From positions 32,001-96,000 of the IMG/VR virus record IMGVR_UViG_3300045974_000806: a stretch of DNA of 64,000 nucleotides, one strand, 5' to 3'. Positions within the stretch are counted from its first letter, which is position 1; the number at the start of each line of letters is the position of its first letter. The notes under the pieces were generated by a model. That model did not search any database. It was not told the origin of the DNA and saw nothing but the letters and a program-made list of their open reading frames with translations. The stretch comes from a virus. This document shows positions 42,111-54,000 of the stretch, piece by piece. The translations under genes were made by a program, and so were the position numbers.

Positions 42111-45100
42111 ATGGTTGCAGACCGCATTGCAGGCACCGCAGACCGCATGGGCGCCATGATGCCCCGTGCCCAGTCCCAGCGGTTCGTGGTGACCCAATAC
42201 GGCGCCCCGCCGGAGCCCATGACCCCAGGGCAGGTTCCCGGCGTCACGCCCATCCCTGGCCTGTTCAGCCTGCCGGCCGCGGACCCTACGCCGGCCGCCC
42301 TGCTGGATGACCGCCCGGTGGTGACCGTGGAGGGCGTGACGCGGGACCTGGGCCTGGACCCGGCCCAGGACAACGCGCTCCGGAAGTACGTGCAGACCAT
42401 CATCACCGCGGACAATGAGGCGGTGCTGCGCCAGCAGGTGGTGAGTTACGCCATGACCGCCGGCTTTGACCCGGACACGCGGCGCATCCTGCTGGCCAGG
42501 GTGCTCAAGTTCTACGCGTCCAAGGGCAAGAGCCAGGGCAAGCTGGCCATCCTGAAGCAGGCCGTGCGCGGGCTCCGGAATAAGCCCAGCGGCGCGGAGG
42601 CCACCATGGAGAAGGCCGGCCCGTTCATTGGCCCCAAGGGCGGGAAGTGGGCGGACGCGGCCCACAAGGTTCCGTGGGTGGACCAAGCGGCGGACCTCAA
42701 GCCCCATGGGACCATGCAGCCGCATGAAGTCCTGGCGGAACTGAAGGCCCAGGACCGCGCCGGCAAGCACGGCAAAGAGCAGGACGCCGCCGCCTACCAC
42801 GTTCCGGAAGAGGAGCACGTGCTGGTGGACGTGCCTGTGGACCACACGCTGGACCATGACGTTTACGACAGGGACACGGGAGACTCCGGCGGGCTGGACA
42901 GCAGGACCGGAACGCACCTGGGGGCGCACAAGAAGGCGCGCGTGGAAGACTACGCAGCGCGCACCACCAAGGCCCCGCCCATCCACCTCACCTATGGCGC
43001 CCGCGCCCAGCAGAAGGCGCATGGTCAAGCCGGCGTGATGCAGGGCAACCACCGCCTGGAAGCGGCCAAGCAACGCGGGGACGGCACCATCACCGCCATG
43101 ATGCCCAGGTCGCACTTTGAAGCCTGGAAGGCGCACCGGGAGAAGCGGTTCGTGGAGGGCCATGCCCACTGGCGGGACGTGGAACTGCCCGCCTTTCGTG
43201 AGCGTGATGGGCTGGACAAGTCCCAGTTCGACGAGGATGACACCATGCAGAAGAGCAGCGGCCCGTTCATCGGTCCCAACGGCGGCAAGTGGCGGGATGC
43301 GAAGCACACGCAGCACTGGACCGCGGAGGATGAGCGCGCCCACCGCGGCCCCAACCCGCACGTCCAGCACGTGCCCTGGGACAGTGGGACGCACGACAAG
43401 CCAACCAACAAGCCAATGCCCGCGGGCGCCTCGCATGGCACCTACGCCACCGCCGACAAGCCGGGCTACGCCACCGTTGTGACTGACCGCGCGGCAGCGG
43501 ACGCCTGGGACAAGGAGACGCGCGCCGCGGCGGAGGCCGCAGACCGGTCTGCGGACATCCATCGCATGGTGCCCAGGCCGGTGGGCGTCATGCACTACCC
43601 CACCAAGGGTGAGACGGGCAGCGTCCCCATTGCATCCCAGCACGGCCTCTACACGGTGCATCCGGAGACGGGCGTCATGCCCATTGTGGACCGCGGCTGG
43701 ACGCAATCCCGCCCAGGCCCACGCAAGCGTGCTTGGACCGTCAGCCACGCGCCTTCGGGCCTGCGCGTGAAGCAGACCTTGACCTCCCGGGAAGCCGCGG
43801 AGGCCCTGGCCCGGCACATGGCGAAGCACGCGCCCACCGCCGGCGCGTCATGGGTGCTGGGGCACACGCCGGCCAAGGAAGATCCGGAACTGCAACACAT
43901 TGTGACCACGCGCGCCGCCCACCTCACCCAGGTGAAGGCGGAGAAGGACGCCAAGGAGGCCGTGTCCCGTGAGGCATCTGACCGGGCCTACCGGGAAGCT
44001 GAAGCCCGCGAGAAAGCGGACGAGGAGCGCCTTTTGGTCCCCACGGCCGCGGTGGACTACGCGGTGACGGATGCCAAGGCGCACGCCAAGGACGCCCCGC
44101 CGGCGTTCCGGAGGGAGCACGACAACGGCGTGGAGTTCGCGGCCAAGATCGTGGCGGACAAGCAGTTCCGTGACCCGGCGTTCTCGGACACGCGCAAGCA
44201 GATGGCCACCACGGACAACATGCACGGCAAGGGCATGGTCCTGGCGGCCCACGTGGCCCACCTTCCGGAAGACGAGGCCCATTCCTGGCTGACGCGCATG
44301 GCCCAGGACAAGGCCCTGGGGAAGCCCAAGGGCCGCGGTGGCCATGGCGGTTCCGCGGGTGAGCACTTCCGGAACCTCAAGTCCAACAGCCCGTTCTGGC
44401 ACGGCGTCTACGCGTTTGGGCACCACCTGCAAGTGGGCGTGGACCCGGAGCGCCGGGCCGGCTTCAACAAGGACAACAAGGCCCGGCTGGCGGCGGCCCA
44501 CCCGGGCGTGGTGGAGCAGCGCCTGGAAGCGCCGGCCCCGGAGCGTGACCCCGCGCATGACTACGGCTTCACGCCCAACACCGCGGAGGTGGTGCCCGCC
44601 GGCGACCCCGGCGTGAACTGGGGTCCGGACGCAGCCACCAAGGACGCATGGTCCCGCGAGGCCCAGACAGCCCTGGACAACATCAGCGAGATGCACGCCG
44701 CCCCGCCCACGTTCACCATTCCGGAACACCCTCCGGAACCCGTGGTGGTGGCCATGCCCACCGCCGCGGACGTGGCCCCCACCCGCGCGCCCAGGGGCAA
44801 GGCCGCCAAGGCGCCGGCCAAGCAGATGGACCTGTTTGGGAAGGCCACGGCGTTCCACGTGGACCCGCTGCTGGCACTGGCCACCGTGCTGTCCAAGGCC
44901 GCCACCCCGTTCCTGGGGCCGCACGGCGGGAAGTGGGCCAACGCCGCGCACACCATCCCGTGGAGTGACAAGGTGCATGGGGAGAAGGCCAGCGCCACGC
45001 CCCACGCCGCGTTCCACCCGGACATCAAGGCCCTGGGGGAGATGACCCGCACCGGCCGCGCGGACCCGGACCTGCTGGCCCGGCTGCACAAGCTGGCCCA

Positions 45101-45860
45101 GGACCCCCAGCACACCCAACAGGTGCATGAGGCCGCCAAGCACAGCCTGGGCAACGCCAAGGAACTCCACAGCGCCATGGAGCCCAACCGGGATGAGGTG
45201 CGCGTGAAGTACATGCAGGGCGGCGGCCCAGGTGCCCAGACGGCCATGGAGGACGTGGCCCTGGGCCAGCGGTCCCTGGACAACCTGTCCGGCCACCTTG
45301 AGAAGCTGACCGCGGCCACCAAGCCCGCGGCCGGCGCGCGCAAGCCCAAGGCCCCCAAGGGCCAGGGGGACCTGTTTGGTGGAGCCGCGCCGGCCCCGGC
45401 ACCCAAGCCGGCCGCCAAGCCCAAGGACACCTCCCAGGGGGACCTGTTTGGCGGAGGCACGGAGAAGTCCGCGCGGTTCGTGGTGGGCGAGGAGTACCTG
45501 GGCAAGGCGGACCCGCGCGGTGGGAAGTACCACGCACGCGTGACGGACAAGGAGTCCGGCAAGCACCGCTACTTCTACGACGAGGGCAAGTTCAAGCAGA
45601 GCGGCCACGCCCCGGTGATGGGCGCCACCGCCATGAGGGACAAGGCGCGCAAGGACATCATGGACGCGGTGGGAGGAAGCCGGGAGGGCGTGAAGCCTGG
45701 GGACCTGAAGCTGGACCCCCGCTATCCGGAAACCCTGGTGACGGACTTGATCAAGGAACTGACCGACGGCAACCACCTGAACCTGTCCGGAGACACGTTG
45801 AAGCGCCCCGGTGAGCCGGTGACCATCCGTCCGGAAACCGTCCGCACCAGCATGGGCTGA
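42111..45860 (+). CDS. large multidomain head-region protein (3 GPFIG tags, ParB/Srx-like domain)
   Basis: Between terL and portal; PPIHL...QGNHRLEAA; tags at about 42606, 43245 and 44889. Confidence 0.75.
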   Translation: MVADRIAGTADRMGAMMPRAQSQRFVVTQYGAPPEPMTPGQVPGVTPIPGLFSLPAADPTPAALLDDRPVVTVEGVTRDLGLDPAQDNALRKYVQTIITADNEAVLRQQVVSYAMTAGFDPDTRRILLARVLKFYASKGKSQGKLAILKQAVRGLRNKPSGAEATMEKAGPFIGPKGGKWADAAHKVPWVDQAADLKPHGTMQPHEVLAELKAQDRAGKHGKEQDAAAYHVPEEEHVLVDVPVDHTLDHDVYDRDTGDSGGLDSRTGTHLGAHKKARVEDYAARTTKAPPIHLTYGARAQQKAHGQAGVMQGNHRLEAAKQRGDGTITAMMPRSHFEAWKAHREKRFVEGHAHWRDVELPAFRERDGLDKSQFDEDDTMQKSSGPFIGPNGGKWRDAKHTQHWTAEDERAHRGPNPHVQHVPWDSGTHDKPTNKPMPAGASHGTYATADKPGYATVVTDRAAADAWDKETRAAAEAADRSADIHRMVPRPVGVMHYPTKGETGSVPIASQHGLYTVHPETGVMPIVDRGWTQSRPGPRKRAWTVSHAPSGLRVKQTLTSREAAEALARHMAKHAPTAGASWVLGHTPAKEDPELQHIVTTRAAHLTQVKAEKDAKEAVSREASDRAYREAEAREKADEERLLVPTAAVDYAVTDAKAHAKDAPPAFRREHDNGVEFAAKIVADKQFRDPAFSDTRKQMATTDNMHGKGMVLAAHVAHLPEDEAHSWLTRMAQDKALGKPKGRGGHGGSAGEHFRNLKSNSPFWHGVYAFGHHLQVGVDPERRAGFNKDNKARLAAAHPGVVEQRLEAPAPERDPAHDYGFTPNTAEVVPAGDPGVNWGPDAATKDAWSREAQTALDNISEMHAAPPTFTIPEHPPEPVVVAMPTAADVAPTRAPRGKAAKAPAKQMDLFGKATAFHVDPLLALATVLSKAATPFLGPHGGKWANAAHTIPWSDKVHGEKASATPHAAFHPDIKALGEMTRTGRADPDLLARLHKLAQDPQHTQQVHEAAKHSLGNAKELHSAMEPNRDEVRVKYMQGGGPGAQTAMEDVALGQRSLDNLSGHLEKLTAATKPAAGARKPKAPKGQGDLFGGAAPAPAPKPAAKPKDTSQGDLFGGGTEKSARFVVGEEYLGKADPRGGKYHARVTDKESGKHRYFYDEGKFKQSGHAPVMGATAMRDKARKDIMDAVGGSREGVKPGDLKLDPRYPETLVTDLIKELTDGNHLNLSGDTLKRPGEPVTIRPETVRTSMG

Positions 45861-45916
45861 CGCGCACGCTGGAACGGAATGCGGTATGAAGGTGGGCAAC
45901 CCCGTTGGAGACTTCC

Positions 45917-48367
45917 ATGACCGTGACCAAAGAAGAGAAGGCCGCCAAGCTGGCCAAGGCCATTGCAGCGGCCAAGGCGCATCAGGAAGAGCAGGCCAAG
46001 GCCCGCACGCTGGCCAAAGCCGCGCCGCCCCCGCATGCGCCCGCGGAAGGGCACACCATGCCGGAGGACCCGGGGAGCAAGAAGATTGAGCAGGACGAAA
46101 CCAAGCTGGCCAACATCCAGGCCGGCGTGGATGAGAAGACCACCACGGAAGCGCGCAAGGAAGGCGACGACGAACAGACGGAGAAGGGCTGCGGCCCGTC
46201 CGTGGTGAAGGCGCCCCTGTCCAAGGGCCTGGGGGACTGGCTGGCCAAGGCCGGCGAGGAAGGGGACGCCGGCCCATCATCCGGAGCGGATGACGCGGCG
46301 GAGGATGACAAGAAGGAGAAGGCCGCGGAGGACAAGGTGGCCCAGGAAACGGGCGACACCGACCCGGCCCAGGACGCCGCCAAGGAGAAGATGCAGGAAC
46401 GCATGGACAAGGCCCGCCACGGCTTCACCGGCACCCCCAAGCTGACCACCGGAACCACGGAGCCGGCGGAGCCTGGGGAGCGCAAGGAGCCGTCCCTTCC
46501 GGAAGCACCGCCGCCCACCAAGGAAGCCCAGGTGCAGCGCGCCACGCCGCCCAGCAAGGTCAACAAGGTCATGCCCAACGCCAAGCCCGTCCGCGGCAAG
46601 CCCGCGGTGGCCAGCAAGGCGCCACCGGAAGAGAACGGCCAGCAGGGCGCCATTGCCGCCCAGGACAAGCCGGCCCCCGTGCCCGCCCCGGTCAAGAAGT
46701 CCCTGGGCCTGGGCGAGTGGCTGTCCAAGGCGGTTCCGGACATGACCATCCTGCCCATCCCCATGGGGGAGGACACGGACGACGGCGGCGGGACGGCGGA
46801 CGGTGACGTGGACGCGGTGACCCTCATGCAGCCGGCGTGGCAGGACAATGAGGCCCAGTGGGACATTGACCGGCTGGCCGTGGAAGCGGTGGACGAGGAG
46901 GAAGGCGTGCAGAAGGGCGTGTTCATTGGACCCAACGGTGGGAAGTGGGACGACGCGGCGCACAAGCGCCACCACACAGAAGGGGGCGCACCTTCCGGAA
47001 CCAGCACCCCCAACCACGTGCTGGGCAAGACCACCTCCGGCAAGGACATCCATCAGGACCACAAGCATCCGGACCACGCTGCGTTCACCGCCCATGACCA
47101 TCTGGACGCGGTGAAGGTGCAAGAGTCCCAACGCTCCCAGGCCATCAACCTCGCGCGCAAAGCCCCGGCCGGCTCCGCCAAGGCCACCGCGCTGTATGGG
47201 GAAGCGAACCACGCCGCGGACGCAGCAACGCATCACGCTGACGCGGCGCGTGCGGCGCACCCTGGCACGTCCGCCGGCGCAAAGGCGCTGCATGACGCGG
47301 CCAACGTGGCCACCAAGACGGCGGACAAGAAGGGGACCGCGGACGCGCACTTCAAGGCCGCCCGCGCGCATCAGGCAGCCGCGGACGCCCACGCGCCCCT
47401 GGACCACGCCGGCCGCAAGTGGCCCGGTGGGTATGAAACCGCGGGCAAGCACGCCGACCACGTGAAGCAGGCCGCGGAGCACCATGACAAGGGCACCACC
47501 ATGCAGCGCGCCGCCTTGGCGGCCAACATCAAGAAGAGCGAGGGAGACATGGACGGACTTTCCGGATGGTTGAAGAAGGCAGGCATTCCTGGCGCCGCGG
47601 ATGAGAGCGGCGGCGTGGCCCAGCATGATTGGAAAGAGGGCACGCCGGACATTGAGCCCGGGGAGCAGGCCAACGGGCATTGGATGGGTGGCGACGGAGA
47701 AAAGAGCCCGCCCCCGTCTGACGGCACGCACATCCGGAACCAGCGCCCAGGTGGCGGCAAGTCCGAAGGCATCCCGGGGACGGAAGGCGCCCCCAGCGTG
47801 GACAGCGAGTCCCTGTCCGCGGATGACGGCCCGGTTGGCAAGATGCCCACGGGTGAGCCCGGCGTTGTGACCGTGAAGGTCCCGGTTCCGGAAGCATCCA
47901 TGGAGAAGGGCAACCTCCGGAACGTGGAGGATGAGGTGGCCGCGTCCCGCAATGCCGCGCTCCGGAAGGCGGCCATTGAGGGCAGCAAGTCCATCCGCGT
48001 GGGCCAGGACGGCGTGCGCTTCACGGCGCCGGCGGTTCCGGAAGCCCCCAAGCCGCTGCTCAAGGGCCTGGGCGCGGCCGTCTATTCGGACGGCGAGGAC
48101 CAGCAGATTGCGGCCATGCTTGAGAAGGGCCAGGGCTACTACGGTGGCGGGTCCGCCCCCAGCATCCCCGCGGTGTCCATGCTCCGGAAGTCCGCCTGTG
48201 GGAACTGCGGCGCTCCGCAGCCGGCATGGCTCACGCGCTGCGGCAACTGCGGCGTTGACGCCGGTGGCGGGAACATGGTCAAGGCCGAAGCACCGCGGGG
48301 ACGCCTCACGCTGCGGCAGGCCAATGTCCTGCGCCTGCCCAACGGCGCCACCATCCCCAAGGTCTGA
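45917..48367 (+). CDS. low-complexity head-region protein with many K(A/S/G) sites and a C-terminal double CxxC
   Basis: GLxxWLxKA x3, one FIGPNGGKW tag, His/Ala-rich segment, CGNC...CGNC. Confidence 0.72.
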   Translation: MTVTKEEKAAKLAKAIAAAKAHQEEQAKARTLAKAAPPPHAPAEGHTMPEDPGSKKIEQDETKLANIQAGVDEKTTTEARKEGDDEQTEKGCGPSVVKAPLSKGLGDWLAKAGEEGDAGPSSGADDAAEDDKKEKAAEDKVAQETGDTDPAQDAAKEKMQERMDKARHGFTGTPKLTTGTTEPAEPGERKEPSLPEAPPPTKEAQVQRATPPSKVNKVMPNAKPVRGKPAVASKAPPEENGQQGAIAAQDKPAPVPAPVKKSLGLGEWLSKAVPDMTILPIPMGEDTDDGGGTADGDVDAVTLMQPAWQDNEAQWDIDRLAVEAVDEEEGVQKGVFIGPNGGKWDDAAHKRHHTEGGAPSGTSTPNHVLGKTTSGKDIHQDHKHPDHAAFTAHDHLDAVKVQESQRSQAINLARKAPAGSAKATALYGEANHAADAATHHADAARAAHPGTSAGAKALHDAANVATKTADKKGTADAHFKAARAHQAAADAHAPLDHAGRKWPGGYETAGKHADHVKQAAEHHDKGTTMQRAALAANIKKSEGDMDGLSGWLKKAGIPGAADESGGVAQHDWKEGTPDIEPGEQANGHWMGGDGEKSPPPSDGTHIRNQRPGGGKSEGIPGTEGAPSVDSESLSADDGPVGKMPTGEPGVVTVKVPVPEASMEKGNLRNVEDEVAASRNAALRKAAIEGSKSIRVGQDGVRFTAPAVPEAPKPLLKGLGAAVYSDGEDQQIAAMLEKGQGYYGGGSAPSIPAVSMLRKSACGNCGAPQPAWLTRCGNCGVDAGGGNMVKAEAPRGRLTLRQANVLRLPNGATIPKV

Positions 48368-48385
48368 CCACAAAGGGAGCGCCAC

Positions 48386-50380
48386 GTGGGTTTCTTCCGT
48401 GACCTCGCAATGGCCACCGCCCGGGTGACCCTGGAAACACTTCAGAAGGCACCACGGGCGGCCCAGGGCGAGGAAGAAGACGAGGAGGCCCCTCCCAAGG
48501 GCGCCGGCAAGAAACCGCCCCCAGGCCCGGCCCAGGAAGCCCAGGGCACGCCTGGGGACGGTCCTGACGGGCAGGATGACCCGGAACCCCCGGAGGGCAA
48601 GGACGCAGAGGACGTGGTGGGGGAGGTGATGCAGCCGGGCTTGCAGACGCCCACGCAGCAGACCCCTGTCACGGCCATGGCCAAGCCCCGTTCCATTCCG
48701 GAACTGGAAGAGGCCCTGAGTGACCCCAAGTCCCTGTTCTGGGACCCGTTCGCCATTGTGGACGCCCTTGGGTACAAGGACCGCCCCTCGCCACTGAGTT
48801 ACCAGACCCTGCAAAGCATGGTGTGGCGCATGCCGGTGGTGCAGGCCATCATCCAGACCCGCATCAAGCAGGTGGCCAACTTTGCCCGCGTGCAGCAGGA
48901 CCGCTACACGGTGGGCTTCCGTGTGGCCCAGCGTGACGCCAAGGCCAGCGCCTCCAAGGGCACGGAGCAACGCTCCCAGCAGTTGGAGCGGTGGCTGCTC
49001 ACCACCGGCGTGACGGACAACCCCGCCGGCCGCGATTCGTTCAGCGCGTTCCTGCAAAAGATCGTGCGGGACACGCTGACCTATGACCAGATGACCTGGG
49101 AGGTGGTGCCGGCGCGTTCCGGAAAGCCCGCGGAGTTCTACGCGGTGGACGCGTCCACCATCCGGATTGCGGACACCACCAAGCTGTTTGTGGACCCGGA
49201 GGACAAGGACGTGGTGCGCTACGTCCAAATCTATGACGGGCTGGTGGTGTCGGAATACAGCAGCCAAGAGATGTGCTTCGCCGTGCGCAACCCGGCCACC
49301 AACATCCGCTTGCAGCAGTACGGACAAAGCGAATTGGAGATGCTGATCACTACCATCACGTCCCTGCTGTGGGCCTTCGATTACAACATGAAGGCGTTCA
49401 GCCAGGGCACGTCCGTCAAGGGGATCATCAACTTCAAGGGCGCGGTTCCGGAGAAGCAACTCCGCGCGTTCCGTCGTCAGTGGTACAGCATGACGGCCGG
49501 CGTGGAGAACGCGTTCAAAACGCCCATTGTGAACTCTGACGACCTGCAATGGGTCAACATGCAGATGTCCAACAGGGACATGGAATACAACGCCTACGTG
49601 GACTTCCAGATCAAGCTGGCGTGCGCCGTCTACGGGATTGATCCCATGGAGATCAACTTCCGCTACGGCGACAGCGGCGGCGCCAAGTCAATGTTTGAGT
49701 CCGGCAACGCCAACAAGCTGGCCGCGTCCAAGGACAAGGGCCTCAAGCCGCTGTTGGAGTTCCTTGAGCACCACATCAATCAGTCCCTCATCTGGCCGCT
49801 GGACGAGGACTTCACGTTTGAGTTCGTGGGCCTGGAAGCGGACAGCAAGAGCGACGAAGCGGACCTCATCACCAAGCAGATCAAGACGTTCAAGAAGGTG
49901 AACGAGATCCGCGCGGAAGAGGGCCTGCCGCCGGACCCCAACGGGGACATCATCCTTGACCCCACGTACCTTCAGCACCTGCAAATGCAGCAGGCCCAGC
50001 AGCAGCAGGACGAGATGGCCGCGCAAGGGCTCATGCCTGACGGCACGCCCATGGGCCAGGACCCGACCGCGGAAGGCGGCGACGGGGAAGACGGGCCTCC
50101 GGGCGACGACGGGGAGGACGGCCCGCCCAAGGGCGGCTCACCGTTCGGCAAGCCCCCCGCGGCCAAGGCCGGCATCACGGACGGCAAGGTGGGCGTGAGC
50201 GCCGCGCCCAAGCCTCCCAAGCCGACGGAGAAGAGCATGGAGGCCCGGCGCCTTGACCCATTGTCTGCGGCCGTGGTCCGGACGCTGACCCGGACTCCGG
50301 AAGGCCGGCGTGAACTGGCGGCGCTCCGGAAGTCCATGGGCGAGGAAGACCGAAAGCTGATCATTGAAGTGGAGGTGTGA
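48386..50380 (+). CDS. portal protein
   Basis: IVRDTLTYDQ, YAVDASTI, YGQSELE, KGII, RDMEY, DKGLKPLL..IN, NEIRAEEGLPP. Confidence 0.9.
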   Translation: MGFFRDLAMATARVTLETLQKAPRAAQGEEEDEEAPPKGAGKKPPPGPAQEAQGTPGDGPDGQDDPEPPEGKDAEDVVGEVMQPGLQTPTQQTPVTAMAKPRSIPELEEALSDPKSLFWDPFAIVDALGYKDRPSPLSYQTLQSMVWRMPVVQAIIQTRIKQVANFARVQQDRYTVGFRVAQRDAKASASKGTEQRSQQLERWLLTTGVTDNPAGRDSFSAFLQKIVRDTLTYDQMTWEVVPARSGKPAEFYAVDASTIRIADTTKLFVDPEDKDVVRYVQIYDGLVVSEYSSQEMCFAVRNPATNIRLQQYGQSELEMLITTITSLLWAFDYNMKAFSQGTSVKGIINFKGAVPEKQLRAFRRQWYSMTAGVENAFKTPIVNSDDLQWVNMQMSNRDMEYNAYVDFQIKLACAVYGIDPMEINFRYGDSGGAKSMFESGNANKLAASKDKGLKPLLEFLEHHINQSLIWPLDEDFTFEFVGLEADSKSDEADLITKQIKTFKKVNEIRAEEGLPPDPNGDIILDPTYLQHLQMQQAQQQQDEMAAQGLMPDGTPMGQDPTAEGGDGEDGPPGDDGEDGPPKGGSPFGKPPAAKAGITDGKVGVSAAPKPPKPTEKSMEARRLDPLSAAVVRTLTRTPEGRRELAALRKSMGEEDRKLIIEVEV

Positions 50381-50382
50381 CC

Positions 50383-50778
50383 ATGCGCATGAAGCACAAG
50401 GTGAACGTCGTGGTCACGGAGGACGTGAACGGCAAGAACAAGCTGTTCGCTCCGGATGACGCGCTGGCGGAGGTGACGCTGGACGGCTTCACGGAGGTGT
50501 CCATGGGCACGGTGGGCCTGGACGCCAATGCGGCGTTCAACGTGCCCCTGGGCGGCATCAGCAACGTCCGCGGGCTCTACCTCAAGTCTTCTGGGGACTT
50601 TGCCCTGGTGCTCAACGGCGGTGCCCCGGTGAACATCACGCGCGGCGTGGCCACCGCCAACGGCAGCAAGGCTGCCAGCGCCAAGGTGTTCCTTGAGGCC
50701 GCGCTCACCAGCATCAGCCTCACCAACGGTGCCCTGGCCAGCAGTCTAAGCTACCTTGTCTGGGGCGACCCCCTGTAA
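50383..50778 (+). CDS. hypothetical beta-rich, probably virion protein
   Basis: SD GGAGGT; follows portal. Confidence 0.6.
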   Translation: MRMKHKVNVVVTEDVNGKNKLFAPDDALAEVTLDGFTEVSMGTVGLDANAAFNVPLGGISNVRGLYLKSSGDFALVLNGGAPVNITRGVATANGSKAASAKVFLEAALTSISLTNGALASSLSYLVWGDPL

Positions 50779-51022
50779 CCCATGAGGTGACATCCATGAA
50801 CGCCACCGCCACGCGCGCGCCGGACGGCTCCGCCCCCAAGTCCGGGGAATGGTGCCTCACGCCGGACAAGCAGCGCATTCAAGTTGTGTGTCCCATGTGC
50901 GTCCCGCCCTGCGTGGCTCACGTGGGCCTGGACCACGTGAGCCACATCAACATGGTGCTCAACGTGTGCGCCGGCTGTCAGCAGATCACCACCATCACCC
51001 TGGAAGGGTATCCGGTTCCGGA

Positions 51023-54000
51023 ATGAAGCTGCGCCTGGAAGCAGACCCCGCTGAACTCCAAACCCGTGGGGACGTGCTGCTCACCAGCCTGTCCCACGCG
51101 GTGGAGCCGCACGCCCCGGCCCTGGCGGAGTCCTTGCGCAAGGCCATTCCGGAACGCCCGCCGGTGGTGTCAAAGCACCGCGCGCTGCGGGAACTCACCC
51201 GGGACGTCCAAGGGCTCTACGCGGACACGGTGGAGCGCATGCTGGCGGAGGTGGGGCAGGCCCTGGACCGCCGCGTGGAAGAGATGACCACCGGCAGCGG
51301 GGACGGCTCCCTCATGAAGGGCGGCCCGTTCATTGGTCCCCAGGGTGGCTTGTGGGCAGACCCCAAGCACACGGTCCACTGGGACCCGGACGTGCATGGA
51401 AGCACGCACCACCCAGTGGCCTGGGCCGTGCCCATCCACGCCAAAATCTCCGGAGAAGAGAACCACGTTGCCATGTACCACGTGACCCACAAGGGCAACG
51501 GCAACGTCATGGTGAGCCGGCACAAGGACGGCCAGTACGGCCAGACCATGCCCGTGGAAAGCCTCAAGCACTTCCGGAACGACCTGTCCGCGGTGGTGGA
51601 CCTTCCGCCTTCCGGAAACCCGGACATTGACGCCGTGACGTCGGGCAAGGCCAAGTTCCTGGGCAAGGGCGACGATGGAATGGCCTTCCACGTTGGGGAC
51701 AAGGTGGTGAAGGTTTCCTCCACGGTCCCCTACCATCCGGACAACCCTGGCCACCGTTCCCCGGAAGGCGCCGCGGACATGCTCCGCGCCCAGGTGGACG
51801 TGGGCAACCATCTGGCGGACCTGGGCGTGCCGTGCATCCAGCGCAGTGAGTTCATCAAGCACGGGGACAAGGGCTTCCAGATCAAGCCGTGGGTGCGCAT
51901 TCCGGAGAAGTTCACCCGGGCGCAGTTGGACAAGATCCAGGGTGCCGTCATTGCCATGCACGAGGCCGGCTACGCCATGCATGACCAGATTCAGCCGGGC
52001 CTGGATGACAAGGGGGAGCCGGTCCTGTTTGACATCGGCAAAGCCGCGCCGCTCGACAAGGAGGGGACGCAGGGCCGCAAGTGGGCCATCGAAGATGACG
52101 TGAGCCACCTTCAGCGTCTCTACGAAAAGAGCGGCGTGGACTTCATCAACCGGAATACGCCGCAGGCCAAACAAGACTTTGACAAGGTGGTGGCCATGTC
52201 CGTCCCGAAGAAGGACGGAAAGCGCGGTGGGGCCGGCCTCTACGCAGACCTGCTGACGATGCAAGGCAAAAAGCTGTTGCGCGCCACCGAGGGGACCGAC
52301 GAGCACATTGGCCACGTGGTGAACTTTGTGGAAGCCCTGCGGGACGTGCGCGACAACCATGGTCCCATCCACCCCAAGCTGCTGGACGAGGCCCGCAAGA
52401 TCATTCCGGAAGACTGGCATGACATGCTGGACGGCCTGGACAAAGAGAAGGCGGCCAAGGCCGGCTACGCGGACGCGGATGACCTGCACAAGTCCGGGCC
52501 GTTCATCGGCCCCAACGGTGGGCTCTGGGCGGACGCAAAGCACACCATCCACTGGGACCCCGCGAAGCACGGCCCAGGCACGCCCGTCCGCTACGGCATG
52601 AGCCTCCGGCCGCCGGGCCTGGGCGCGCTGCCCTCCGGCGTGAAGTGGGACCTTGTGGCCCGCGGGAAGCACCCCGCCAGTTCATTCCCTGGCCGGCCTG
52701 ACCTGCCGGTGTCTGAGCACCACCTGCACGGGGAAGTGGAACTCCCAGGCCACCTTGACCCGGAGCGCGCCGCGGCCATGGACATGGTGCGCATCAGCCC
52801 CGCGCCCGTGGAGGCCCCGCCGGCGCGCGCGGCCAAGCCGGAGCAGTTGGGCCTGTTCAGCATGCCCGCCAAGCCCCCGGAGCCGGAGGACAAGCCGTCC
52901 AGCCGGCGCCTGCTGGCCATTGTGGACAATGACCCGGCCCTCACCCAGGAACAGAAGCTGGCGCCCACCGCGGAGGTGATGAAGGCCATCCTGGCCAAGC
53001 CGGCCAGCGACCCGGGCCAGTGGAAGCTGCCCGCCGGCGCGCGCTTTGACCCGTGGGAGCCCAAGGCCGTTCCGGAAGACGCGGAGTGGGAGCACCCGGA
53101 CTTTGGTTCCGGAACCGGCGCCGCACCGTGGCAGCAAGGCGACGACTGGAAGCCGGACTTCCACAAGTATGACGTCCTGCTGGTGAACAGCAGCGCCGGC
53201 AAGGACTCCCAGGCCATGCTGTCCCACGTGGTGGCCCAGGCAGACGCCGCGGGCTTCCCGCGTGAGAAGATCGTGGTGGTGCATTGCGACCTGGGCCGCG
53301 TGGAGTGGGAAGGCACCAAGGAACTGGCCATTCAGCAGGCCCAGCACTACGGCCTGCGCGTGGAGGTGGTGCAGCGCACCCAGAACGACCTGCTTGAGCA
53401 GATTGAGGAGCGCCACGGGGACCTGACCCAGCGGCAAGAGGACGTGGGCAAGCTGGTCGCGGCCGGCATCCGGACCTGGGCGGACCTTGCGGCCATGGAC
53501 CCGGCCACGGTGCAGAAGCACCTGGGCGAGGGGAAGGGCGCCTCCAAGTGGGAGGCCCAGCACCGGGCGGAAGAACTGGTGGACAAGGCCCAGAAGAAGC
53601 TGGAAGCGGCCCAGGAATGGGAGCCGCTGCACAACGCCCACCAAGCGGCCCTGGCCCAGCACGCGGAGGACATGACGGCCTATGAGGCCCGCGTGGCCGC
53701 CAACCCCAAGGACAAGAAGAACAAGCCCAAGGCCCCCAAGAAGCCCAAGGGCAAGCCGGTGTTCGCCGCGGACCCGGTGGACTTTGGGAAGGCCATTGCG
53801 TGGCCCAGCAGTGATGCCCGGTTCTGCACGTCCGACCACAAGCGCGCGGAGGTGAAGAAACTCATGACGCGCCTTGCCGACGAGCACCGGGAGAAGAACG
53901 GCCCCAAGTCCAAGCCGCGCATCCTGAACGCCCTGGGCCTGCGCGCCCAGGAAAGCGACTCCCGGGAGGCCATGCCGTCCTTTGAGCGCGAGGAAGAGAC

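Noticed and set aside
46277-49549. Very long minus-strand ORFs (also 5502-7613, 8181-10250, 43848-46280, 52682-55891, 60623-63097)
   Set aside because: Antisense shadows of GC3-rich + strand genes, with no motifs or SD. Only 59942-60559 has family motifs, flipped codon bias and expression signals.
50849-51022. ORF-track upstream extensions (50849, 7848, 40173, 33885, 27287)
   Set aside because: They overlap upstream genes. Downstream ATGs with an SD, stop/start coupling or a non-overlapping position are more plausible.
53420-53780. Insertion in the PAPS-reductase-like domain as a second intein
   Set aside because: No Cys/Ser start, TxxH or terminal HN; it is a helical, Lys-rich insert.
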